Origin: Flavobacterium sp.
GTDB lineage: Bacteria; Bacteroidota; Bacteroidia; Flavobacteriales; Flavobacteriaceae
Direction of reading: 5' to 3'
DNA length: 63,537 bases
Assembly (NCBI GenBank): GCA_041583035.1
Contig: JBFHGP010000001.1
Coordinates: forward strand, 1-63,537
The position numbers and the translations under genes were made by a program. Under the pieces are notes generated by a model. That model searched no databases, was not told the DNA's origin, and saw only the letters and a program-made list of their open reading frames with translations. The stretch's first letter is position 1. Each line of letters opens with the position of its first letter. Positions 1 to 10,159 of this stretch are shown piece by piece.

Positions 1-1850
1 TGCTTTGCGTTATCCATCATTTCGAGTCTTTTTTTGATAATTTCTATCGCCATTGATTGATGCACTTGTACAGAGTTTTTCTTTCTCTTTTTGGATACAT
101 TTATGCCAATTCCGCTATCGGTAATTGTGCATATCAGGTTTTTTTCTGTCAGTGAAAAATCTACCCAAACCATGAGGTTCCCTTCTTTTTTCGGAATCAG
201 TCCATGGATAATTGCGTTTTCTACAAACGGTTGTATCAAGAGCGGAGGCAGTGCCATATCATCTTCGATATTGTCATTTTTGGTGATAGAAAAATTAAAA
301 ACGTTGTTAAACCTGAGTTGCTCTAGCTCTAGATAGTTTTGTAGCCCTTCAATTTCTTTGTCAACAGAAATTAAAGTTTCTTTAGAATAATCTAAGGTAA
401 GCCGCATTAATTTTGAAAATTTGGCTAAATATTTGATGGCAGCATCATTACCGTTCTGAACAATAAAACTAGATATCGAGCCTAAACAATTGAAAACAAA
501 GTGCGGATTCATCTGCAAATGCAAGGCTTTTTGCTCATAATCGGCAAGGTTTTTTTGCAAAGTCAGGGTCTTTTTTAACTGGTTGCGGTTGTAGTATAAA
601 AAGACCAGACCAACAATCAAAACAACAGTAAGTAACCCAAAAAATAACTGCAAAGTATGTCTTTTGGATTGTTCTTTTAATAATATTTCTTTTTTTTCTT
701 GTTCTTTTTTGTGCAAAGTTTCTTTTTTCTCAAATTCAAAAGTCATTTCTGACTGAACACTTTTTCTGATGTTTTCATAATTGGTAAGACTGTCTTTAGA
801 GACGGAGTATTTTTTGTGATACAACAATGCTTTTTCTACATTGTTTTGTTTTTCAAAAATCTCACTAAGTTGCTTTTCGCTGAGAACTTTCATGGTCAAA
901 ATACCCACTTCTTCTGCCAAGGTATTTGCCTTTTTGGTGTATGACAAAGCCAATGAATAATCATTGTTCTCTAGGTAAAATTTACCCAAATAATAGTTGG
1001 TGTCTGACAAGCCAAATTTGTCGTTTATTTGTTTGAATTTAACCACGGCTTTTTGCCAGCTTTCAAGCGCCAATTTGTTGTTGTTGGTACGGCTGTAATA
1101 CAGGCCAAAATTGTTGTATAATTCGCCTTCACCTCTAGCATCGGGGTGTTTGTCAAAGTGATTTTTGGCTTCTTTGTAATACAATAATGCTTGCGTATAA
1201 TCATCAAGTCCCAAATAGATATTGCCGATATTTGTCGTGGTTATTCCTATGCTAATATCATCGATTTTTTCCTGAATTTTTTTGGCTTTCTGAAAGTAGT
1301 TTAACGCCTTAAAACCCTCATCTCTAGATTTGTACACCACACCGATGTTGTTGTAAACCTTGGCCAGCATATCTTCTTTATTCGCCGCTTCATAGATTTT
1401 TAACGCTTTTAAATGGTACTCTAATGATTTTGTATAACTACCTTGTTCTGAGAAAACTACGCCAATACTGCCATATGCTCTGGCCAAACCATGATTAAAA
1501 CCATCGGTAGTATTGAGGTCTTCATAAATATTTTTGGCATTAGAAAAAAGATTTAAGGCAGATGGATAATCACCCAAAATTATCGAAGCGTTTCCGAGGT
1601 TCATAAAAGCCGTTGCTTGGCCGTCACTGTAATCTAGCTTGTCTGCCAAAACAAGGGCTTTCTGTGCATAGAGTTGCGTGCTATCGGGCTGTTTTACCTT
1701 GTATAAATCGGCAATTTTGTTCCAGTTGTCTATCTTTTCTATATCATCACTAATGGTTTTGTTGCGTTGTATCAAACTATCAATAGATGATTCTTGCGAA
1801 AAACCAATCAGCGTATATAAAAAAGTAAATAAATAGATAACTCTATGCAT
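1..1850 (-). CDS. TPR-repeat sensor histidine kinase, LytS/His_kinase type (3' end outside window)
   Basis: Missing from ORF track because no stop lies in the window. Manual translation from ATG at 1850: signal peptide MHRVIYLFTFLYTLIGFSQ, TPR-like repeats, one TM helix, then LQMNPHFVFNCL, YLELEQLRF, PPLLIQPFVENAIIHG, DSGIG. Confidence 0.9.
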   Translation of the reverse strand, partial: MHRVIYLFTFLYTLIGFSQESSIDSLIQRNKTISDDIEKIDNWNKIADLYKVKQPDSTQLYAQKALVLADKLDYSDGQATAFMNLGNASIILGDYPSALNLFSNAKNIYEDLNTTDGFNHGLARAYGSIGVVFSEQGSYTKSLEYHLKALKIYEAANKEDMLAKVYNNIGVVYKSRDEGFKALNYFQKAKKIQEKIDDISIGITTTNIGNIYLGLDDYTQALLYYKEAKNHFDKHPDARGEGELYNNFGLYYSRTNNNKLALESWQKAVVKFKQINDKFGLSDTNYYLGKFYLENNDYSLALSYTKKANTLAEEVGILTMKVLSEKQLSEIFEKQNNVEKALLYHKKYSVSKDSLTNYENIRKSVQSEMTFEFEKKETLHKKEQEKKEILLKEQSKRHTLQLFFGLLTVVLIVGLVFLYYNRNQLKKTLTLQKNLADYEQKALHLQMNPHFVFNCLGSISSFIVQNGNDAAIKYLAKFSKLMRLTLDYSKETLISVDKEIEGLQNYLELEQLRFNNVFNFSITKNDNIEDDMALPPLLIQPFVENAIIHGLIPKKEGNLMVWVDFSLTEKNLICTITDSGIGINVSKKRKKNSVQVHQSMAIEIIKKRLEMMDNAK

Positions 1851-1951
1851 AAGTCAGATTTTTGTACAATTTAACAACAAAAATCTATTATAACTAATTA
1901 TTGATTAGAATTAGCCCTGCTTGGCTTAGAGTTTACAAGGTTTGATTGAGT

Positions 1952-2545
1952 TTACTTAAACAATCGTTTGTTAAACAAAATCATGATGGCTACCCCAACA
2001 GTAATGGCAGAGTCGGCAATGTTGAAAATCGCATTAAAAAACAAAAAATCTTGTCCGCCCCAAATAGGCAACCATTCAGGCAAATTGCCTTGCCAAATCG
2101 GAAAATATAGCATATCTACCACCTTGCCATGAAACCAGCTGCCGTAAGGCTCTGCAGCAAAACCCTCGGCCAAGTGATAAGGCGTACTTTCGCTAAAAAT
2201 TACCCCATAAAATACCGAGTCGATGATATTGCCCAGCGCACCTGCCAGTACCAATGCAATGGCAAAAGTGAGCAACTTTGGACTATTTTTTTTGATGGTG
2301 TCATTGAGCCAATACAAAATTCCGCCAACGGCAACTATTCTGAACAAGGTAAGCAATAGTTTGCCATAATCGCCAGGTAGTTTGACGCCCCAAGCCATGC
2401 CTTCGTTTTCGATAAATCGGATTCTAAACCAGTCAAATACATGGACTTCTTCTCCTAATAAGAAATTTGTTTTGATATATATTTTACTCAATTGGTCTAT
2501 CAATAAAACGATAAACACCCAAATCAAAGCTTTTTTCAAAGACAT
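1952..2545 (-). CDS. lspA: Lipoprotein signal peptidase II
   Basis: DQLSK, NEGMAWG, GALGNIID, GKVVDM and FNIADSAI motifs. Start moved to MSLKKA (2545), downstream of a TACATTTG promoter element. Confidence 0.95.
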   Translation of the reverse strand: MSLKKALIWVFIVLLIDQLSKIYIKTNFLLGEEVHVFDWFRIRFIENEGMAWGVKLPGDYGKLLLTLFRIVAVGGILYWLNDTIKKNSPKLLTFAIALVLAGALGNIIDSVFYGVIFSESTPYHLAEGFAAEPYGSWFHGKVVDMLYFPIWQGNLPEWLPIWGGQDFLFFNAIFNIADSAITVGVAIMILFNKRLFK

Positions 2546-2588
2546 AACTATAATTATTGAACGACAAATGTACCTTTTTTTATCGTAC

Positions 2589-2632
2589 AAAAAAAACACC
2601 ACAATCGCTTGTGGTGTTTTTGTCATAGTTAT
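2589..2632 (-). terminator. Intrinsic terminator, copy 1 of a 44-bp direct repeat
   Basis: AAAAACACCACAA-TCGC-TTGTGGTGTTTTT hairpin with U-tract after the lipoprotein stop; near-identical to 3321-3364. Confidence 0.85.
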
Positions 2633-2651
2633 TTAGCTGAATGGTTAATAA

Positions 2652-3239
2652 TCATCCTGCCCAGCCATCAAACACCATATCAAAACGTCCTTCGCGTATT
2701 TCTACAGCTTCTCCTTGCTCGTTTACGGCATCAAACCAAAACGTGCCAGATATGATGTTGTTGTCTTTGTCTAATTTAGTAATATGGAGTTCGCCAGTAT
2801 ATTCGTTATTGGTTTCATAATATTCATCAGGTGTTGTTATTGTTCCTCCTATTATTTTAAACACGGCTCTTTTTTGACCCTGTATATGTTTTAATATATA
2901 TGTTGCGTTTTCTTCTAATATTGTTTCGTCAATGTATATTGCTACTGATTCTGTACCATTACCTGTAATATTTTCTTCATTTTTCACTACTCTAAAAACT
3001 AGCACAAATTCATCATAGTAGTAACCGCAATAAGGGTTCGAGCTACCTGTCAAACTGCCACTTGGCAAAAAAGCCATACCATTAACGAGGCAACCTACGG
3101 TGTTGGCACCGGTTTGTGTGGCGGGTGGTAGTTTTTCTATTTCGGGTATGTTAGGGTCGGGGGTCGATATGTCGTCATCGCTTTTGCAACAAGCAAAGAG
3201 GAGTAAACTACTTAGTAAGAGAAAAAATGTTTTTTGCAT
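2652..3239 (-). CDS. Hypothetical surface lipoprotein (LPPATQTGANTxGC family, DUF6252-like)
   Basis: Real start is MQKTFF at 3239; the track ORF extension is an antisense/intergenic run-on. Lipobox followed by acidic KSDDD export-signal-like motif; C-terminal ISGTFWFDAVN...IREGRFD. Confidence 0.8.
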   Translation of the reverse strand: MQKTFFLLLSSLLLFACCKSDDDISTPDPNIPEIEKLPPATQTGANTVGCLVNGMAFLPSGSLTGSSNPYCGYYYDEFVLVFRVVKNEENITGNGTESVAIYIDETILEENATYILKHIQGQKRAVFKIIGGTITTPDEYYETNNEYTGELHITKLDKDNNIISGTFWFDAVNEQGEAVEIREGRFDMVFDGWAG

Positions 3240-3320
3240 GATAAGATGTTTAATTGCTAAATATACTAAAATATTTATTAATGCAAACTCCCTAGATAAT
3301 TGGTACAATGGCTCTAAAGA

Positions 3321-3364
3321 CAAAAAAACACCACAATCGCTTGCGGTGTTTTTGTCATAGTTAT
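3321..3364 (-). terminator. Intrinsic terminator, copy 2 of the 44-bp direct repeat
   Basis: CAAAAAAACACCACAATCGCTTGCGGTGTTTTTGTCATAGTTAT, downstream of the aldehyde dehydrogenase stop. Confidence 0.85.
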
Positions 3365-3381
3365 GATAGATTGGCTGTTGG

Positions 3382-4923
3382 TTACAAATCAAATTTGATG
3401 CCTTGTGCCAATGGTAAATCAGTAGAATAATTGATGGTGTTGGTTTGTCTGCGCATATACACTTTCCAAGCATCAGAGCCCGATTCGCGTCCGCCGCCAG
3501 TTTCTTTTTCACCGCCAAATGCACCGCCAATCTCAGCCCCAGAGGTACCGATGTTTACGTTGGCGATACCACAGTCAGAGCCTGCATAGCTCAAAAACTG
3601 CTCTGCTTCGCGCAAGTTGTTGGTCATGATGGCAGAAGACAAGCCTTGTACTACATCGTTTTGTGTGTCGATAGCATTGGCTACCTCACCCGAATATTTG
3701 AGTAGGTATAAGATAGGTGCAAAAGTTTCGTGTTGTACAATCTCAAACTCGTTTTTCGCCTCGATGATACATGGTTTTACATAGCATCCGCTTTCATATC
3801 CGTTGCCTTCCAATACACCGCCTTCTACCAACACGTTTCCGCCTTCGGTTTTGGCTTTTTCAATTGCGTTGAGGTAGTTTTCTACAGATCCTTTGTCGAT
3901 AAGTGGCCCCACGTGGTTGTTTTCGTCTAATGGATTGCCAATTCTCAATTGTTGGTAAGCCGCAGTGATGGCTTCTTTTACTTGCTCATAAATCGATTCG
4001 TGGATAATCAATCTGCGGGTAGAGGTGCAACGTTGCCCAGCCGTACCTACAGCGCCAAAGACAGCACCGATTACCGTCATTTTGATGTCGGCATCAGGGG
4101 TAACGATGATGGCGTTGTTTCCGCCCAATTCTAATAATGATTTGCCTAATCTGCCAGCAACTTTCTCGGCAACCAATTTACCCATTCGTGTTGATCCTGT
4201 GGCAGATACGAGCGGAATCCTTTTGTCTGCTGACATCCATTCGCCTACTTTGTAATCTCCGTTTATCAAACAAGAGATACCTTCTGGCAAGTTGTTTTCT
4301 TTCAATACTTCAGCAATAATATTTTGACAAGCTACGCCACAAAGCGGAGTTTTTTCGGATGGTTTCCAAACGCAAACATCTCCACAAATCCATGCCAAAG
4401 CAGTGTTCCAGCTCCATACAGCAACCGGGAAGTTGAAGGCCGAGATAATCCCAACCACACCTAGCGGGTGATATTGCTCATACATTCTGTGCAAAGGTCG
4501 CTCTGAGTGCATGGTCAATCCGTGCAACTGACGTGATAATCCTACAGCAAAGTCGCAGATATCTATCATCTCTTGTACTTCGCCCAGACCTTCTTGGAAT
4601 GATTTTCCCATTTCGTAAGAAACGAGTTTTCCTAAGTCGTTTTTGTATATTCTTAGTTTTTCGCCAAACTGACGTACAATTTCGCCTCTTTGCGGAGCCG
4701 GCATTTTTCGCCATTCTTTAAAAGCCGCTTGGGCTGTTTCCATTACTTTTTCGTAATCTTCTTTGGAGGTAGTTTTTACTTTTCCGATCAATTCTCCGTT
4801 TACTGGCGAATACGATTCGATAATTTCGTCGTTGGCAAACCATTGGTTACCAGTAGATGTACCTTCGTTTAACTCTTTGATGCCCAATCTGCTCAAGGCA
4901 TCTTTCATTCCAAAGTTGTCCAT
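3382..4923 (-). CDS. amaB: ALDH7-family aldehyde dehydrogenase (piperideine-6-carboxylate / aminoadipate-semialdehyde dehydrogenase-like)
   Basis: ISAFNFPVAV, TGSTRMG, LELGGNNA, GQRCT and FGGEKETGGGRESGSDAWK motifs. Confidence 0.9.
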   Translation of the reverse strand: MDNFGMKDALSRLGIKELNEGTSTGNQWFANDEIIESYSPVNGELIGKVKTTSKEDYEKVMETAQAAFKEWRKMPAPQRGEIVRQFGEKLRIYKNDLGKLVSYEMGKSFQEGLGEVQEMIDICDFAVGLSRQLHGLTMHSERPLHRMYEQYHPLGVVGIISAFNFPVAVWSWNTALAWICGDVCVWKPSEKTPLCGVACQNIIAEVLKENNLPEGISCLINGDYKVGEWMSADKRIPLVSATGSTRMGKLVAEKVAGRLGKSLLELGGNNAIIVTPDADIKMTVIGAVFGAVGTAGQRCTSTRRLIIHESIYEQVKEAITAAYQQLRIGNPLDENNHVGPLIDKGSVENYLNAIEKAKTEGGNVLVEGGVLEGNGYESGCYVKPCIIEAKNEFEIVQHETFAPILYLLKYSGEVANAIDTQNDVVQGLSSAIMTNNLREAEQFLSYAGSDCGIANVNIGTSGAEIGGAFGGEKETGGGRESGSDAWKVYMRRQTNTINYSTDLPLAQGIKFDL

Positions 4924-4979
4924 GTATTTACTGTTTAGTTGTTTTAATTTTTACAAATATAACTATTTATCTCTGATAT

Positions 4980-5522
4980 TTATTTAACAAAACGCTCGTC
5001 GGTAGGCATGATTTCGCCACAATTCGAACACGTTCTCAAGGCTTCTGAATGGTAAAAATCTTTAAAATGCTTTAAAAAATCTTTTTCGATATCTTCTAAC
5101 GGAAAATAAACCTCGTGCAAAAGGTTGTTGCAATGGTCGCAATACCACATCAGTCCGTCTTTTTTGCCTTTTTTGTTTTTGATTTCGACCACCAATCCTA
5201 CAGAGCCTTCAGATCTGGCTGGCGAGTGAGGTACGCCTGCTGGCACCAAAAACACATCGCCTGCGCCCAGGTGCACCACTTGTTTTTCTCCATCTATTTG
5301 CAAACCTATTTGAATCTCGCCTTCGAGTTGGTAAAAAAACTCGTCTGTTTCGTTGTAGTGATAGTCTTTTCGAGCATTTGGCCCACCTACAACCATCACA
5401 ATAAAATCGTCAGATTCGTGTTTATAAATGTTTTTATTGCCAACGGGAGGCTTGAGTAAATCTCTGTTTTCGTCTATCCATTGGCGAAGGTTGAAAGGTG
5501 CTTTGAGGTTTTTCATCATCAT
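4980..5522 (-). CDS. nbaC: 3-hydroxyanthranilate 3,4-dioxygenase
   Basis: LKPPVGNK, GGPNARKDYH, EFFYQ, PHSP; rubredoxin-like CDHC and CSNC pairs. Confidence 0.95.
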   Translation of the reverse strand: MMMKNLKAPFNLRQWIDENRDLLKPPVGNKNIYKHESDDFIVMVVGGPNARKDYHYNETDEFFYQLEGEIQIGLQIDGEKQVVHLGAGDVFLVPAGVPHSPARSEGSVGLVVEIKNKKGKKDGLMWYCDHCNNLLHEVYFPLEDIEKDFLKHFKDFYHSEALRTCSNCGEIMPTDERFVK

Positions 5523-6781
5523 TATTTTTTACTCAGCCAAGACTGTGGGTTCTGAAACTGATTGTTTTGCGTAAGATAAAATTTGAGTATCGATTGTCCT
5601 TCGCGGTTGCGTGCCACCGTACCGATGGTTTGTTTGGTCGATACTTTTTGTCCTTGCTTCACCGATACACTGCTCAGGTTTTGGTAAACCGATATATAAT
5701 CTCCGTGTCGTACAAACACTACTTTGGTGCCCGCCAATACTTGTATCTCTGTCACTTCGCCTTCAAAGACTGCGCGTACGCTAGCATTGGCTTCGGTAGA
5801 GATATCTACGCCATGATTTTCGATGGTGATATTGGGTACAGACGGATGCGGCTGACTACCATATTTACCCGAAATATATCCTTTTGTAACTGGCCAAGGT
5901 AGGCGACCGCGGTTGTTTTTGAAAGTGCTAGCCAAGGCTTCTTCTTCCGGGGTAAGAGAAAACTTGCTGCTGCTCACCGTTGTTTTTTCAGCACCACTTG
6001 TGCCTTCTTTTTCACGGGCTTTTTCGCGTGCTTTGCGGTTGGCTTCTTCGATAGCTTTTTGTATCAACACTTTTATTTGCCTGTCGATACGTCTGCTTTC
6101 TTCTTGTTTTTTGTTGATTTGTGCGGTATATTTTTTCTGGTCTTTGCGCACCAAACTCATCAGCTCGCTTCGTTTGTTTTTTTCTTGTTGCAATTCGTTA
6201 ATCACTTGTTGCTGCTCGGCTAATGCTGCTTGTTGTTTTTGTTTTTGTACTTCGAGTTTTTGCATAATCTTGGCCAATTCGGCTGATTTTTGCTTGATTT
6301 CTTCGCCCTGAGATTTTCGGTATTTGGCGTATTGCTTGATGTATTGCATGCGTTTGTAGGCTTGTAAAAAACTATCAGACGACAAGACAAACAAAATTTT
6401 GCTTTGCTCAGACCGCGATTTGTATGAGGTGCGGATAGTTTTGGCATAATCTTCTTTGAGTACCGCCAATTCTTTTTTCAGTTTGTTTGATTCTAATGTT
6501 TTGGTGTAAATATCATCGGCAATCACACGCAATTCTTTTTTGTAAGTGCTAATCAGCTGATTGGTCAGACTAATTTTTCGATTGCTCTCGGTGATTTCGC
6601 TCAAAATATCACGTTCTTTACTTTTTTCGGAAGAAAGTAACGATTGAAATTGTTTGATTTCTTTAATCAATGATGCTTTTTGGTTCTCGAGTTTGCGTTG
6701 TTGCGCTTCGTAATCTTCTTGCGCCTGCAGCGTCATAGAGAACAAAAGTAAAATGAATAGGGTAATGCGTTGCATCAGCAT
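5522..6781 (-). CDS. Murein hydrolase activator EnvC-like (coiled coil + M23 domain)
   Basis: Signal peptide, long coiled coil, LPWPV..G, GVDI, VRAVFEGEV, VRHGDY. Start may be 6775. Confidence 0.9.
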   Translation of the reverse strand: MLMQRITLFILLLFSMTLQAQEDYEAQQRKLENQKASLIKEIKQFQSLLSSEKSKERDILSEITESNRKISLTNQLISTYKKELRVIADDIYTKTLESNKLKKELAVLKEDYAKTIRTSYKSRSEQSKILFVLSSDSFLQAYKRMQYIKQYAKYRKSQGEEIKQKSAELAKIMQKLEVQKQKQQAALAEQQQVINELQQEKNKRSELMSLVRKDQKKYTAQINKKQEESRRIDRQIKVLIQKAIEEANRKAREKAREKEGTSGAEKTTVSSSKFSLTPEEEALASTFKNNRGRLPWPVTKGYISGKYGSQPHPSVPNITIENHGVDISTEANASVRAVFEGEVTEIQVLAGTKVVFVRHGDYISVYQNLSSVSVKQGQKVSTKQTIGTVARNREGQSILKFYLTQNNQFQNPQSWLSKK

Positions 6782-6967
6782 GAATTTTGTTCAAAATTAA
6801 ATATTTTTTGCGAAACTCTTGTGCAGATATCAAAACTTTTGACAAAGGCTTAGTCCGTAACAATTAGATTGTTAACAAAGCCACCGAACAAACTAATTTT
6901 TTGAGGATAACCAAAAATATTTTATACCTTTGAATGTCTTTTTGAAGACCCTAAACTAATCGTGCTT

Positions 6968-7807
6968 ATGAAAAAAATTATCGGACTATCGATAGTGCTA
7001 ATGCTCGCCTCTTGTGGAGCTAACCGCAATGCCAAAACCAAACAAAAAATAAGAGAACACTATCCAAAAACTACCCAACAAACAACACCAAAAAAGGTAG
7101 AAGAAAAAGTGGTGGTAATCGAAGAAGTAGAAGAAGTAGAAAGTCTCGAAGCAACGTCAAAAGTAAGTGTAGAACGTAGCTCGGTTGAAGAATACATCGA
7201 AAACCACAAACAATTGGCGATAGAGAATATGCAAGAATATAAAATTCCGGCCAGTATAAAAATGGCACAGGCGATTTTAGAATCGGGCTCAGGTAACGGA
7301 CGTTTGGCTCGCGAGGCCAACAACCACTTTGGCATCAAATGTAAAGTCAACTGGACCGGGAAATCTGTTAGACACACAGACGATGCACCCGATGAGTGTT
7401 TTAGAATGTACGACTCGGTGAAAGAATCGTATAACGACCACTCAGAGTTTTTGGCGTATCGACCATATTATACTGAGTTATTTAAACTCAACATCTCCGA
7501 TTACAAAGCATGGGCGAGAGGACTCAAAAAAGCGGGTTATGCCACCGATCCAAAATATGCAGACAAGCTAATATCGATTATTGAAAGATACGAATTGTAC
7601 AAGTTGGACGAACAGGCTTTGGGTGAAAACTATCAACAGACAAGCTATCCGACAAAACAATCTACAGCAGATTATTACCTTGTAGAGAGAGGCGATACAT
7701 TATATGCTATTTCCAAAAAATTTGACACGACAGTCGAAGCTTTGAAAACACTCAATAGCCTTAGCGGAGATACTATCGGCGTAGGACAATATTTACGCAT
7801 CAAATAA
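6968..7807 (+). CDS. Lipoprotein with GH73 glucosaminidase and LysM domains
   Basis: Lipobox LASC; AQAILESG, NNHFGIKC, GYATDPKY; C-terminal LysM (VERGDTLYAIS). Confidence 0.92.
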   Translation: MKKIIGLSIVLMLASCGANRNAKTKQKIREHYPKTTQQTTPKKVEEKVVVIEEVEEVESLEATSKVSVERSSVEEYIENHKQLAIENMQEYKIPASIKMAQAILESGSGNGRLAREANNHFGIKCKVNWTGKSVRHTDDAPDECFRMYDSVKESYNDHSEFLAYRPYYTELFKLNISDYKAWARGLKKAGYATDPKYADKLISIIERYELYKLDEQALGENYQQTSYPTKQSTADYYLVERGDTLYAISKKFDTTVEALKTLNSLSGDTIGVGQYLRIK

Positions 7808-7828
7808 ATTAAAAAAAACAAAAATACC

Positions 7829-9115
7829 ATGAAGTACCAACGAAGTAGTCAATTATTCAACGAAGCACAACAATACATCCCCGGAGGCGTCAACTCACCA
7901 GTGCGCGCTTTTAAAGGAGTGGGCGGAACGCCATTGTTTATCAAAAGTGCAAAAGGAGCCTATTTGTATGATGAAGACGGCCACAGATATATCGACTACA
8001 TCAATTCGTGGGGACCAATGATTTTGGGGCATGCCTATGCGCCAGTGGTGAATGCGGTGGTAGAAAAAGCCAAGCAAGGCACATCTTTTGGTGCGCCAAC
8101 TGAGATCGAAACTGAGATTGCCAAACTCGCCGTAGAGATGGTACCCAATATCGACAAAATAAGATTTGTAAACTCGGGTACTGAGGCTTGTATGAGCGCC
8201 GTTCGTTTGGCGAGAGGTTATACCCAAAGAGAAAAAATTATCAAATTTGCAGGTTGTTATCACGGGCATTCAGATGCTTTTTTGATTGCTGCTGGTAGTG
8301 GCGCATCTACTTTTGGCGTGCCCAACAGCGCTGGCGTAACCCAAGGCGCTGCCAAAGACACTTTGCTTGCCGATTACAACTCGTTGGCGAGTGTACAACA
8401 ACTTTTTGATGAAAACCCTGAAGAGATTGCGGCGATAATCATTGAGCCAGTAGCCGGAAACATGGGTTGTATCCCAGCCAAAAACGAATTTTTGAATGGT
8501 TTGCGACAATTGTGTGACCAGCATGGCACATTGCTTATTTTTGATGAGGTAATGACTGGTTTTCGCTTGGCGAAAGGCGGTGCACAGGAGTTACTAGGTG
8601 TCGATGCAGATATTGTTTGTTTTGGCAAAGTGATTGGCGGCGGATTGCCTGTTGGGGCTTTTGCAGCACGTAACGAAATCATGAATCACTTGGCGCCATT
8701 GGGCTCGGTGTATCAGGCGGGTACTCTGTCGGGCAATCCGTTGGCGATGGCTGCGGGTTTGCAAATGTTACAAAGTTTGAACAACGATGCTGATATTTTT
8801 GAAAGATTGGCACAAAAAACAGCTTACTTAGAGAAAGGCATGCGAGAGGTGTTGACCAAAAACAAAGTAGATTTTACCATCAACCGTGTAGGGTCGATGA
8901 TATCTGTCTTTTTTGATGCAAGAGAAATTTATGATTTTAAAACGGCTGGCTATGGCGATACACAGCGTTTTAAAGACTTTTTTCACGGACTGCTTCAAGA
9001 AGGAGTTTATATCGCGCCGTCGTCTTACGAAACATGGTTTATTGCCGATGCGCTCACGTATCAAGACCTTGATGATACCATTGCTGCAATAGACAAAGTC
9101 ACCGCAAATTTTTAA
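7829..9115 (+). CDS. hemL: Glutamate-1-semialdehyde 2,1-aminomutase
   Basis: [43 protein letters not shown]. Confidence 0.97.
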   Translation: MKYQRSSQLFNEAQQYIPGGVNSPVRAFKGVGGTPLFIKSAKGAYLYDEDGHRYIDYINSWGPMILGHAYAPVVNAVVEKAKQGTSFGAPTEIETEIAKLAVEMVPNIDKIRFVNSGTEACMSAVRLARGYTQREKIIKFAGCYHGHSDAFLIAAGSGASTFGVPNSAGVTQGAAKDTLLADYNSLASVQQLFDENPEEIAAIIIEPVAGNMGCIPAKNEFLNGLRQLCDQHGTLLIFDEVMTGFRLAKGGAQELLGVDADIVCFGKVIGGGLPVGAFAARNEIMNHLAPLGSVYQAGTLSGNPLAMAAGLQMLQSLNNDADIFERLAQKTAYLEKGMREVLTKNKVDFTINRVGSMISVFFDAREIYDFKTAGYGDTQRFKDFFHGLLQEGVYIAPSSYETWFIADALTYQDLDDTIAAIDKVTANF

Positions 9116-9135
9116 CCAAGAATAAATTGATAAAT

Positions 9136-9170
9136 ACTGTCTCAGGCCAATTGTTTGAGGCAGTTTTTTT
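9136..9170. terminator. Intrinsic terminator between convergent hemL and the ACC-deaminase-like gene
   Basis: ACTGTCTCA...TGAGGCAGT followed by a T-tract. Confidence 0.6.
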
Positions 9171-10047
9171 ATTTTATGCCAGATAAATTGCCCTGCAAAC
9201 CTCCCGTATGAATGATTAATATTTTTGAATTTGGCTTAAAGTAACCTTTTGATATTAAATCGATTACGCCAAAAAACAGTTTGCCTGTATAAATAGGCTC
9301 GAGGTTTACAGAAGTATTTTTTTCGAAGTTTTGGATAAAATTTGTTAATTCGTCTGTAGTTTTTGCATAACCGCCGAAATGATAATCAGTGACCAAATTC
9401 CATTGGTCGTTTTTGGTGTATTTTTTTATTTCTTTGGATAAAAAATCACCCTTTAAAGCCGGAAAACCAACGGCTTTTTGATGCGGTTGCAAACTGTTGA
9501 TAATGCCCGAAATGGTGCCGCCTGTTCCTACGGCACAACAAATAATATCGAATATTTTATCTTCTGAAGTTAAAATTTCTTCGCAGCCTTTTATCGCCAA
9601 ATCGTTGGTGCCACCTTCCGGAATCAAGTAAAAATCTCCGTATTTTTGCTTCAAATCTGCCAAAAAAGCCCCGTTATTTTTCTCGCGATATTGTGTTCGA
9701 GTTACAAAGTTGAATTGCATGCCGTCTTTTTCAGCTTTTTTTAATGTAGGATTTTCCAAGTATTTTTCCTGCAATTCTTCACCTCGAATCACGCCAATGG
9801 TTTCAAATCCAAAATCACGCCCAGCTGCCGCAACTGCTGCAATGTGATTGGAATACGCCCCGCCAAAAGTCAGCAACTTCGCATAACCTAAGCGTTTTGC
9901 TTCTTCCAAATTGTATTTCAACTTGCGGAATTTATTGCCCGATATTTCGGCGTGTAAAACATCTTCTCTTTTTACATAAACTTCGATCCCGAAATTATTT
10001 GGGACAATTATTTTTTGGTTGAAAGATGCTTGTTGTGGCGTAATCAT
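9169..10047 (-). CDS. PLP-dependent ACC deaminase / D-cysteine desulfhydrase family protein
   Basis: KRED, SGNKFRKL, TFGGAYSNH, GTGGT, PIYTGK, HTGGLQG. Start placed at ATG 10047 after TACTTTTG. Confidence 0.92.
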   Translation of the reverse strand: MITPQQASFNQKIIVPNNFGIEVYVKREDVLHAEISGNKFRKLKYNLEEAKRLGYAKLLTFGGAYSNHIAAVAAAGRDFGFETIGVIRGEELQEKYLENPTLKKAEKDGMQFNFVTRTQYREKNNGAFLADLKQKYGDFYLIPEGGTNDLAIKGCEEILTSEDKIFDIICCAVGTGGTISGIINSLQPHQKAVGFPALKGDFLSKEIKKYTKNDQWNLVTDYHFGGYAKTTDELTNFIQNFEKNTSVNLEPIYTGKLFFGVIDLISKGYFKPNSKILIIHTGGLQGNLSGIK

Positions 10048-10098
10048 AGGGTTGCGTTGATTACAACAAAAGTACAATAAATTTGAATCAATTAAGTT

Positions 10099-10124
10099 CC
10101 TGCAAGGTTTTCAAACCTTGTAGG
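10099..10124. repeat. REP-like extragenic palindrome
   Basis: CCTGCAAGGTTT-TC-AAACCTTGTAGG imperfect palindrome with no U-tract; resembles palindromes I recall from Flavobacterium intergenic DNA. Confidence 0.55.
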
Positions 10125-10159
10125 TCTGATAAAAACTTATATATTCGAACAAATTATAT

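Noticed and set aside
3240-3530. N-terminal extension of the 292-aa track ORF
   Set aside because: Overlaps the ALDH 3' end and a terminator; a proper signal peptide begins at 3239.
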